Below are positions 9,689 through 17,654 of a stretch of DNA of 51,095 bases, one piece after another (the first letter of the stretch is position 1; each line of letters starts with the position of its first letter). The notes under the pieces were generated by a model that had not been told where the DNA came from, searched no databases, and was given only the letters and a program-made list of their open reading frames with translations. A program made the translations under genes and the position numbers. Origin of the DNA: Minisyncoccota bacterium (GTDB lineage: Bacteria > Patescibacteriota > Minisyncoccia > Phycocordibacterales > SW-6-46-9); contig JBBDUH010000018.1 of the NCBI GenBank assembly GCA_040904005.1, positions 1 to 51,095 of the forward strand. The letters run 5' to 3'.

Positions 9689-10564
9689 TTATTTTTGCCG
9701 GCGCACCTCGCGCCCATTACTGATGAAGACAATGGTGCCCAGATCGCAGGTGCACAATGTTTCCGCACCGATGGAAACCAGCCGACCAAGCACCGTATCG
9801 GTTGGGTGGCCATAGGGGTTGTTGGCGCCAGCGGAGATAACAGCAAACGCTGGGGAAGCAGCGGCCAGAAAGCTTTCGTCCGAGGATGTATCTGAGCCGT
9901 GATGGCCAACCTTGAGCACATCGACATCGATCTGTTCAGCCAGCTGACCGACCACAAACCCCTCCATCACCTGTGAACTGTCGCCCGTAAAGAGCCAACT
10001 GGTCTCACCGTAAATGAGCTTCATGATCAGCGAGCTGTCGTTGGTATCAGCGGGAACGTGGCCAGCCAAAGGAAACAAAATCTGGAGATAAGCCTCATCA
10101 CCGAGAGAGACGACATCGCCGCGGGAAACCTGACGCACCGTGGCTCCTTCAGATTTCTCTTGAGTGGTGGCTTCTAGAAGCGCCATGTAATCACTCGTCT
10201 CACTAACCTGGGCCGGGAGAATAACGTGGCCGACATCATACTCCTCCAGCACCGTGACCAGCCCACCGATGTGATCTGCATCAGCATGGGTGGCAATAAT
10301 CATATCAATTGAACGATCGTAAAACGGTAGCGCTCGTGAAAGCGCCCGATCGACAGAACGAAAGCGACCACCATCAATCAGTACCTGCACACCAGACGGC
10401 GTCTCGATCAGAGTTGCGTCACCTTGACCAACATCAAGAAAGGAGACAACCAACTCATCATTACTGGCAGCAATGGCTAGCTGCACCAAAATCAAAACAA
10501 GGATCAAGCTACCGATGATAATCCCGGCAGCTGCTAACCCAGAAATAACGCGTGGTTTCTTCAT
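9689..10564 (-). CDS. ComEC-type metallo-beta-lactamase domain protein with N-terminal TM anchor
   Basis: Track ORF trimmed to MKKPRVISGL.. (ATG 10564). Contains the MBL motif THADADHIGG and ..LDVGQGDA.., typical of the ComEC C-terminal domain. Confidence 0.8.
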   Translation of the reverse strand: MKKPRVISGLAAAGIIIGSLILVLILVQLAIAASNDELVVSFLDVGQGDATLIETPSGVQVLIDGGRFRSVDRALSRALPFYDRSIDMIIATHADADHIGGLVTVLEEYDVGHVILPAQVSETSDYMALLEATTQEKSEGATVRQVSRGDVVSLGDEAYLQILFPLAGHVPADTNDSSLIMKLIYGETSWLFTGDSSQVMEGFVVGQLAEQIDVDVLKVGHHGSDTSSDESFLAAASPAFAVISAGANNPYGHPTDTVLGRLVSIGAETLCTCDLGTIVFISNGREVRRQK

Positions 10565-10645
10565 TACTCTTAGTATAGCAACTACATATATCGTGTAACG
10601 TGTATCGTGTAGCAAGTCTGTTAGACTCTGAGTCTGACAGGCAAG

Positions 10646-10673
10646 ACAAAAACCGCCAAAAGGCGGTTTTTTA
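10646..10673. terminator. Bidirectional rho-independent terminator
   Basis: AAAAACCGCC-AAAA-GGCGGTTTTTT. Confidence 0.8.
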
Positions 10674-10689
10674 TCCTTAAAGATAACAC

Positions 10690-10812
10690 TCCTATTTTGT
10701 TCGGACTTCGCAGAGCGAGCAGGCATGGTCTCCGACTTTAGTCGGAGGAGCGAGCCCGAGACTGAGAGAGCGTCGCCGCTGGCGGCGCTACTCGTGCCGG
10801 AACAAAATACAC
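10690..10812. repeat. GC-rich structured intergenic insert
   Basis: Long-range stem ATTTTGTTCGG / CCGGAACAAAAT encloses hairpins CTCCGAC-TTTA-GTCGGAG and AGCGTCGCCGC-TGG-CGGCGCT. It is GC-rich inside an AT-rich spacer. Confidence 0.5.
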
Positions 10813-10818
10813 GGAGGG

Positions 10819-11619
10819 TTATCGTACCTGATCATAGAGAGCAAAACGCACGGCACCAGTAGCTGGATCCTTCAAGAGCTTTACTGCCTGCTGACCTTCA
10901 GCCCAGGCCGGAGTCTGCTTCACCGCATTCGGTGAGTAGAAGTGACGCGTGGTTAGTGCCAACGGGCGAGAACTTTCCGGAGCTAAGTAAACCTCCTTTG
11001 CTATTGCTAGCGCTGTCTCCCAGGCATATCCTTCACTAGAGTACCAACGCGAGATGTTATGCTCGTAGCGTTTATCATATGGGTTAAGCCCAGAGAACTG
11101 ACGCGAGTGCTTGGCAACAGATTCATAGGTACGGCCTGTGTAACCAGTGTCAACACGGTTACGAACCACCCAACCAATAATGCGTTGCTCATCAGCACGC
11201 TTGGTTTCTGAGTACACAATTCGCGCCAACCAGAGAATTTCACGTTTATCAGTTTGTGTCATTACAGGATTGTCTGTCTGACTACGCTCGGCCCGTTTCT
11301 GTGCATCCTTATGCACCTCCTTTGGGGTCTTAGCATTCGTACGCTCGAGTGTAGAAAGCACGTTATAACCACTTACCTTCTCAGAAGCAGCTAGAGCAAC
11401 TGAGGTAAAGTTGGCCATCCAGCCACCAGCGAGGGCGAGTTTTGTATTTGTATCTTCTGCTTCCGCTGCCACCATCTCTATGGTTGCAGCCTCAGCAACT
11501 TGTGTATTGTAAAGAACGCCTCCTGCAGTGAACTGAAGACTGACAGTAGCTCCAACAAAGAGAGCAAAAAAGGCCAGTCCAAGTGTGTAAACCTCGATCG
11601 TATCCGAATGATAATTCAT
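10819..11619 (-). CDS. SleB/CwlJ-like cell-wall hydrolase (Hydrolase_2) with N-terminal TM segment
   Basis: 266 aa. The C-terminal half (LARIVYSETK..VVRNRV..RQFSG) matches the Hydrolase_2 pattern. Confidence 0.7.
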   Translation of the reverse strand: MNYHSDTIEVYTLGLAFFALFVGATVSLQFTAGGVLYNTQVAEAATIEMVAAEAEDTNTKLALAGGWMANFTSVALAASEKVSGYNVLSTLERTNAKTPKEVHKDAQKRAERSQTDNPVMTQTDKREILWLARIVYSETKRADEQRIIGWVVRNRVDTGYTGRTYESVAKHSRQFSGLNPYDKRYEHNISRWYSSEGYAWETALAIAKEVYLAPESSRPLALTTRHFYSPNAVKQTPAWAEGQQAVKLLKDPATGAVRFALYDQVR

Positions 11620-11699
11620 ACCAAATACTTAAGGGTAATGTCGTACAGGCGCGTCGGTCTTTAACAGAAAAAGCACCCTATATAAGGGCGCTGATAGCT

Positions 11700-11727
11700 A
11701 CTATAGCAGACCAGTAAAGTTTGTCAA
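11700..11727 (-). promoter_or_regulatory. Candidate promoter of the SleB-like gene
   Basis: The - strand has TTGACA (11722-11727), a 16-nt spacer and TATAGT (11700-11705). Two more TTGACA copies lie just upstream. Confidence 0.5.
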
Positions 11728-11779
11728 GTAATGTCAATACTTTTTAAAATTGTCAAGAAAACCGGTTATTTTATAATCT

Positions 11780-13279
11780 CTATTCTTCGGGCGCATTATA
11801 TAAAATAAGGCTAATTATAACAATGAAATATACACCCAAAACTGCCCAGAGCGACACATTCCCTACTGTAGCTGTAGCAGCAGAAAAATTGGCTAATTTT
11901 TCTGTGATGGTAAAGATGTACTCCGAGACAACATAGGCACCAGCAGCAAATGGCAGTACAAAAGGCGGTAAAATCCAGGCCACAGCAGCTGTCAGCGTTC
12001 CGACCGCCATCAAAAGGGGTACGACCGGCAGCACGAGCAGGTTTGCTACCACCGATACAATAGAAATCTCACCCGTCAGAAAGGCTAGAAACGGCAGTAC
12101 CGCCAGCTGAGCCGAGATGGTGGCGGTCGCGGCTTCGCGCACCCCAAACCGCTCCGGAAGCATGGTCAGCCAGCTGGAAACACCGTCACCGAAGCTAAGT
12201 AACCCAGCGGTGGCGATAGCGGAGAGTTGGAAGGAGGGATCAAACAGCAGGATGTGAGGATTAACCAGTACCATCGCAAACGCAGCAACCAGCAACCCCC
12301 GACTGGCCGCATACTGCCGTGAAGATACTCGCCCTACCAGCGCAATAATGGCCATAATACTCGCTCGCACCACTGTTGGTGTCAGACCCACCAGAAGAGC
12401 AAAGGCGGCAATGCCGAGTCCGGCCACACCCGCCGCCACGGCCAGCGGCAGACCAACAAACAAGAGAGCAGCGCCAATCGCCACAGCCACAATCGTTACG
12501 TTGTAGCCAGAAAGAACCACAATATGGATCAGGCCGGTATCGCGAAAGGCAGTTTGCAGCTCCTCACCTAGGGCATCCTCGGCGCCCAGGAGAACTCCAC
12601 CAGTCAGCGCAGCATGCGGATCGGGGATGTGCTCATGCAGCAAACTCAAAAGCTTTGTGCGCAGACGCGCCAGAGACCGCTTAATGGAATTGCCCCCATC
12701 ATGGGAAAGAACAGTAACCTGCGGTCGGCTCAGCTCATAAAAAACCTCATTGCGAGCCAGGTAACGCGGATAATTAAAGAGCCGGCCGGTATCCGTCTGG
12801 AAGGCTGATGGCTTGGCCAGCGGTCCCCGCATCTCAACCACGTCTCCATATTCTAAGCGCGGGAAGTGCCCAGCATACACCACTGCTCGAGACTCGCCTC
12901 GAGCGACCTCATCCGAACCGGCAAGCGAAACACCTCCAATCGCAACCGTTAGGTTCTGGCCAGACTCGGTAATCTCCGGAACATCCGCAACCTCTCCGCG
13001 CACAATCACCGACTGGCCGACCTGACTGTCAAACACTGTTTCGTTCGGCTGATTAATATCAAATCCAGTCCGTAGCAGGCCGGCTGCTACCGCTAGAAGC
13101 AGCACCAAGACCAAAGTTATCTGCCGACTATCACCACTCGACACCCAGACATAAAAAAGACAACCGACCGAAAGTACTAATAGAAGCCCGGCCAGACCAA
13201 AGGCTGGTACACCCAAGAGAGCAAGCACAACGCCAACGAAGAAGCCACCGACTGCGCTGTAGAGATAAATTGTCGCCAT
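11780..13279 (-). CDS. comEC: ComEC/Rec2 DNA-uptake channel protein (OB/DUF4131 plus competence domain, no MBL domain)
   Basis: 499 aa and polytopic, with the competence-domain motif GLIHIVVLSGYNV. It ends before any MBL domain. Confidence 0.85.
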   Translation of the reverse strand: MATIYLYSAVGGFFVGVVLALLGVPAFGLAGLLLVLSVGCLFYVWVSSGDSRQITLVLVLLLAVAAGLLRTGFDINQPNETVFDSQVGQSVIVRGEVADVPEITESGQNLTVAIGGVSLAGSDEVARGESRAVVYAGHFPRLEYGDVVEMRGPLAKPSAFQTDTGRLFNYPRYLARNEVFYELSRPQVTVLSHDGGNSIKRSLARLRTKLLSLLHEHIPDPHAALTGGVLLGAEDALGEELQTAFRDTGLIHIVVLSGYNVTIVAVAIGAALLFVGLPLAVAAGVAGLGIAAFALLVGLTPTVVRASIMAIIALVGRVSSRQYAASRGLLVAAFAMVLVNPHILLFDPSFQLSAIATAGLLSFGDGVSSWLTMLPERFGVREAATATISAQLAVLPFLAFLTGEISIVSVVANLLVLPVVPLLMAVGTLTAAVAWILPPFVLPFAAGAYVVSEYIFTITEKLANFSAATATVGNVSLWAVLGVYFIVIISLILYNAPEE

Positions 13280-13293
13280 TACTTAAAGAGTTC

Positions 13294-13983
13294 TTACTTT
13301 TTCACTGCTGCCAGGTCCACTCCCCACTCGCGCAATAATTCATCACGCTCAACCACAGTGCGCACCTTTCTATACTGTGCCTGCTTGCCTGCTACCCACT
13401 TCTGGCACTCCGGCCACGTCGCGTGCATACGGGCTTCACCGCCGACAAAGCTGAAGTAAACCGGACTCTTCTCCAAGTACTGAGCAGTTGGATTAAGCGA
13501 GACACCATAGTCTGCTTGCGAAACATTTTTCAAATCAGGTATCTCTCCATCAGCAAAGCTGGTAGCGACGTCATCGGCCCGCTCATTGGCCGGGATGCTG
13601 GCATGACCCTTCACTTTATGAAAATTAACCTCAAATTCAAGCGTTTTTTGCAACTCATAGTATCGCTGCCACAGCTCTTTGTTCTTGATCGGGTCGCCAT
13701 CTTTTGTCTGCCAACCACGCTTATCCCAGCTAAAGACCCAGCCGGTAGCACCGGAGATGGTGTATGTAGAGTCACTGTATATAGACACCGTCGCCACTTC
13801 TTTGCCTTGCAACCACTCCAACGCTTCGATCACAGCAGTGAGCTCCATTTGATTATTAGTGCCCTCCGGGATACCGCCACCAAGCTCCACCACTTGACCA
13901 TCATGTGCAATCACAGCTCCCCAGCCAGAGGACCCGGGATTGCCGCGCGAGGCTCCGTCTGTAAATACTAGTGTTTCCTTCAT
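13294..13983 (-). CDS. rnhA: RNase HI with C-terminal hybrid-binding (Cauli_VI-like) domain
   Basis: 229 aa. The N-terminal RNase H fold has DGASRGNPG, NNQMELTA, SDS and ERADDVA. The C-terminal ~50 aa (VYFSFVGGEARMHATWPECQKWVAGKQAQYRKV) fit the HBD pattern. Confidence 0.85.
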   Translation of the reverse strand: MKETLVFTDGASRGNPGSSGWGAVIAHDGQVVELGGGIPEGTNNQMELTAVIEALEWLQGKEVATVSIYSDSTYTISGATGWVFSWDKRGWQTKDGDPIKNKELWQRYYELQKTLEFEVNFHKVKGHASIPANERADDVATSFADGEIPDLKNVSQADYGVSLNPTAQYLEKSPVYFSFVGGEARMHATWPECQKWVAGKQAQYRKVRTVVERDELLREWGVDLAAVKK

Positions 13984-14149
13984 ACTTAAATATTATCACG
14001 CTGCTTTAAAAAATGGTTGATTTATTCACCACACAACCGGCCCAAGCCGTCGGATAAAGCGAGCGCTTCGACTTGCGATGCGAAGTGCTCGCGGCTTCCG
14101 AAGTTAAGACTTCTTATCTCGTTATTTAATTAGCGAAGTCTAACGACTT

Positions 14150-14235
14150 GAATGAGCACCGGACAACTTTTACGAGCTCTGCTCGTCAAAGTACCGTCGT
14201 GCGAATTTATGTCCAGGAACCTTTCCGCATAAATT
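14150..14235 (+). repeat. E-element copy 2 (lacks the 3' GAATWTTGTCAT hairpin)
   Basis: GAATGAGCACCGGACAA, hairpin CTTTTACGAGC-TCT-GCTCGTCAAAG, then core TACCGTCGTGCGAATTTATGTCC. Its 3' end overlaps the recJ stop codon and is antisense to recJ. Confidence 0.65.
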
Positions 14236-15895
14236 ACACTTCCACAATAGAGATATCCTCTATCTTAAACTGCAACTTCTTTTTAAAGCCAAATGTACTC
14301 TTTTCTAACGCACCCAGCACAGTCACCTGCTGACCACACTCCACCTCCTTCATTGATTTGGGCGCAAAGAAGCAGATGCCCTCCTGCTCATGCTCACCAT
14401 CGGTAAGAGTGAGTGAGACATGTTCACCACCGGCGCCAAAGATACGCTTGCCATCCACATGCACACCGCTAACCTGAAACAACGGCGCGGCAAAACCCAT
14501 CCCAAACGGGCCGAGCTGCTCTAATGAATTCAAAAGACCCCAGGAAATGTCGGCCAGCGTTGCAGCCACCGGATCATAATCACCATTATCAGCGGCCACC
14601 TCATGATCGGCAACCACTGCTGACAAGGCCGCGGCAAACTCCTCCGTCTCGCCGGCCAACTCAAAACCGCCGGCCATCTCATGACCACCGAAGGCCGGCA
14701 CCAGCGCCTCATCCAGCTGGGAGAGCATCCCCACCACATTATGGCGGGTTGAACGGGCCGAGCCCTTCTTGGTTTCACTGCCATCCGCCTGACCCCACAG
14801 AAATACCGGCCGATCATAATCATCGGAAAGTCCGTGCGCCACCGGACCCAGCAAAGCCGGCTTCCACTCCTCTGAACCAACCGCTATTACTGGCTGGTCA
14901 GCGACGGCTGCTGCCATGGAAAAGATCTCCTCACGCAATGCGCCACTACGGCGCTTGCGCTCCCGATAAAGACGATTGAGTTCATGGGCGTACTCCTTTC
15001 CCTCCGCATGGTTACGCGTTGTTAGCATACGTAGAGCTGCCAGCGGCTGATCGAGTCGACTTGCAGCATTAATATGAGCACCGAGCGTAAAGCCGATATC
15101 AACCTCCGTCAGCTCCCGCCCCTGAATCCGCCCTTTCTCAAACAGCTCCTTGAGCCCCGGCCGGGTAGTACGGCGCAAAATCTTCATCCCAAACTGAGCC
15201 AGGGCGCGGTTCTCACCCACCAGCGGCACCATGTCGCTGATGGTCGCGATAGCGGCCAGACCTAGCTGCCCCTTAGAAAAGTTTTCGTGAAGATTGAAGC
15301 GCTCGTCCATCTCTAGAGCCTGAAGGCACTTGAAGACAACACCCGCACCGCAAAGAGACTTGAACGGATACGTCTCATCTGCAAGCGCTGGGTTGATAAT
15401 AATGTCGGCCAGTGGATCCTTCTTTCCAGCCACGTGGTGATCAAGAATAATCACATCCATTCCCTTCTCCTTTGCCAGCTCAACAGCGGCGTTGGAGCGG
15501 ATGCCACAGTCAATGGTGATTATTAGGTCTGCCTTGTCGGCAGCAAACTGCTCGACCTGACCAACCTTAAGGCCAAAGCCCTCTATATCTCGCTTGGGAA
15601 TGTAAATCTGAAAATTCTCGTACCCAAGCTCACCGAAAAGATCATGCAGCATCGCCGCCGCCGGAATGCCGTCGGTATCAAAATCACTAAAGATCACAAT
15701 CTTCTGCTTTTCTTCTATCGCCTGATGCAGACGATCAACAAAGTCCCGCATCTGCCGAAACAGATACGGATCATGCAGGGCCGCGCCGTACTCGGGGTTG
15801 AGAAAGGCGTCAACGTCGGCAATATTGCGGCTGGCCAGCACGGTCTGTGCCAGTGGATGTAGGTCATCGACTGTCATGCTGGTACATACTAGCAC
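14234..15895 (-). CDS. recJ: single-stranded-DNA-specific exonuclease RecJ
   Basis: 553 aa with the DHH-family motifs DFDTDG, ITIDCG and LDHHV, plus a DHHA1 region. The start may instead be the ATG 18 nt downstream. Confidence 0.9.
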   Translation of the reverse strand: MLVCTSMTVDDLHPLAQTVLASRNIADVDAFLNPEYGAALHDPYLFRQMRDFVDRLHQAIEEKQKIVIFSDFDTDGIPAAAMLHDLFGELGYENFQIYIPKRDIEGFGLKVGQVEQFAADKADLIITIDCGIRSNAAVELAKEKGMDVIILDHHVAGKKDPLADIIINPALADETYPFKSLCGAGVVFKCLQALEMDERFNLHENFSKGQLGLAAIATISDMVPLVGENRALAQFGMKILRRTTRPGLKELFEKGRIQGRELTEVDIGFTLGAHINAASRLDQPLAALRMLTTRNHAEGKEYAHELNRLYRERKRRSGALREEIFSMAAAVADQPVIAVGSEEWKPALLGPVAHGLSDDYDRPVFLWGQADGSETKKGSARSTRHNVVGMLSQLDEALVPAFGGHEMAGGFELAGETEEFAAALSAVVADHEVAADNGDYDPVAATLADISWGLLNSLEQLGPFGMGFAAPLFQVSGVHVDGKRIFGAGGEHVSLTLTDGEHEQEGICFFAPKSMKEVECGQQVTVLGALEKSTFGFKKKLQFKIEDISIVEV

Positions 15896-15933
15896 GACAA
15901 AAATTTATAATATCTAATTCCTAATGTCTAAGT

Positions 15934-15954
15934 GTGCAACATTGAGTGTTGCAC
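15934..15954. repeat. GTGCAACA palindrome, copy 2
   Basis: GTGCAACAT-TGA-GTGTTGCAC followed by AAAAGTACAA. Lies in the divergent recJ/HIT spacer. Confidence 0.6.
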
Positions 15955-16021
15955 AAAAGTACAATCTTAAACTTTTCTGTCAAAAAAGCGCAAGAGCAGC
16001 AAAATGATATACTGATAATAT

Positions 16022-16411
16022 ATGTCAACCATTTTTGAAAAAATTATTGCCGGTGAAATTCCTGCTAATAAGGTGTACGAAGATAACGAATGTCTTTCCA
16101 TTCTAGACATCAACCCAGTTGCTGATGGTCACCTACTTTTAATACCTAAAGAATCTTATCGCTGGATCCAGGATGTGCCGGACGAACTTACTTCTCACCT
16201 CTTTGTCAAAGCAAAAGACCTAATAAAGGCACAGAAAGCCGCGCTCGGTTGTGACTATGTGCAGATCAGTGTTGTTGGCAAGGATGTACCGCACGTCCAC
16301 ATTCACCTTATCCCTCGCTACTTTGATGATGGGCTTGAAAGCTGGGAGACACATGAATATGAAAACGGTCAGCCAGAAAAAATCGCCACCCAGATCGCTG
16401 AACGTTTGTAA
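16022..16411 (+). CDS. HIT-family (histidine triad) hydrolase
   Basis: 129 aa with the HVHIHLIP triad motif. Confidence 0.9.
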   Translation: MSTIFEKIIAGEIPANKVYEDNECLSILDINPVADGHLLLIPKESYRWIQDVPDELTSHLFVKAKDLIKAQKAALGCDYVQISVVGKDVPHVHIHLIPRYFDDGLESWETHEYENGQPEKIATQIAERL

Positions 16412-16416
16412 AAGTT

Positions 16417-16472
16417 TGTTATATAACACTTCGAATCTTGTTATATAACAAATCTTTAGCTGTTATATAACA
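16417..16472. promoter_or_regulatory. Three perfect TGTTATATAACA palindromes at 22-bp phasing
   Basis: The exact 12-mers are at 16417-16428, 16439-16450 and 16461-16472. The third extends to the 18-bp palindrome AGCTGTTATATAACAGCT. The array sits between the 3' ends of convergent genes. Confidence 0.7.
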
Positions 16473-16487
16473 GCTCACCGGTGTATT

Positions 16488-16520
16488 AAAAAAGCCACTC
16501 ACTGTGTAAGCTGGGTGGCT
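16488..16520 (-). terminator. Rho-independent terminator of the 267-aa gene
   Basis: The - strand has AAGCCAC-loop-GTGGCTT followed by TTTTTT. Confidence 0.7.
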
Positions 16521-16539
16521 TTGATCTAATTGTTTGAAG

Positions 16540-17343
16540 TTAGGAAATTTGGAAAGTCTTTTCTACTTTCACGTCTCCAAATTCAGATTTCCCCTTAAGG
16601 AAAATCTCACCATTTTCTCCAATCGTTACCTTACATCCAAGATAATTAGTAGAGAATTTTGTAGTAGAAGCTTTGCCGTAAGTTGGATACATCTCACTCA
16701 CAGCTACTCCCTGACCTTTTTCCCAGACAAAAACCTGAAAATAGTCATGAGTCGCATCAACGCTTCGGCTACAATGCCTGGCAACAACAACGCATATGTC
16801 TTCATCATCGTGATAGATGTCATAATGCCAGCTTGCTCCACCAATTTTAGGAACATTATTTCCAACCCAAGGATATTTAAACTCCTCAGAGTTTTTTGGC
16901 TCTTTCTTGCTTTCAAGAGCTTCTTCATGAGCAGACATGTCAAATTTTTTAACCAATGAGACATTGCCGGCAAGATCACATTCTTTTATGAAGATTTTTC
17001 CAGTGCCATCCTTGTAACCAAAAACAACACTTTCATTATCTTCTTTCAGAAGCTTAACTCCATTTATGGAATTCCACGGCTTATTCGTTGTAAAGGCTTG
17101 ACCAGGACGCCATAACTGAAACCCTGTATCATAGATTGGGTCTGGTTTGTCGGAATGGGAAACCATTAACCTGTCGTAATAGCTCATACCATCTCCGGTA
17201 TCTACACTTTTGCCACCGTTTTTGAGGTTAAATTTGGAACCCTCGATCTCGTCAGAGGCATTAATATACTCCTCAATAATTGAGGGTATTTCTTTCGCGT
17301 CTTTTTCGTAATGAGAAAAAGGTCGTACTTTCAGATCAGTCAT
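16540..17343 (-). CDS. hypothetical protein (267 aa), AT-rich orphan
   Basis: Long ORF with its own promoter and terminator. No family recognised. Visibly AT-richer than its neighbours. Confidence 0.65.
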   Translation of the reverse strand: MTDLKVRPFSHYEKDAKEIPSIIEEYINASDEIEGSKFNLKNGGKSVDTGDGMSYYDRLMVSHSDKPDPIYDTGFQLWRPGQAFTTNKPWNSINGVKLLKEDNESVVFGYKDGTGKIFIKECDLAGNVSLVKKFDMSAHEEALESKKEPKNSEEFKYPWVGNNVPKIGGASWHYDIYHDDEDICVVVARHCSRSVDATHDYFQVFVWEKGQGVAVSEMYPTYGKASTTKFSTNYLGCKVTIGENGEIFLKGKSEFGDVKVEKTFQIS

Positions 17344-17383
17344 CTTAGTAGGATTTGATTGTTAAAGATTTAGTTCGTTTATA

Positions 17384-17411
17384 TTTATATCATACACAGA
17401 GGTATTGTCAA
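17384..17411 (-). promoter_or_regulatory. Candidate promoter of the 267-aa gene
   Basis: The - strand has TTGACA (17406-17411), a 16-nt spacer and TATAAA (17384-17389). Confidence 0.45.
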
Positions 17412-17654
17412 GTAAATACCGACGCTTCAGTTCAAAATCGTACAAAATTACTCTAATAACAGGCTTGAATTTAAACTATATTTTAGAGCAGTATGACTGT
17501 AAAAAATCCGCGAATTTTTTGAGCATGTGACTATAACACTACTTTGCGAAGATAAATTCAAGCAGTTCTAGGCGCAACTGAAGCGCAAGTGAGCCGCACA
17601 AGATGAGTGCGGTGAACGCGCCCTGGAAGGAAGCAACACCGAAATGCACCGAAT

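Noticed and set aside
16417-16472. dif/Xer recombination site for the TGTTATATAACA array
   Set aside because: dif has two ~11-bp arms around a 6-8-bp spacer (..CATAA-NNNNNN-TTATG..) and occurs once. Here the half-sites are in the opposite arrangement, with no spacer, and are repeated three times.
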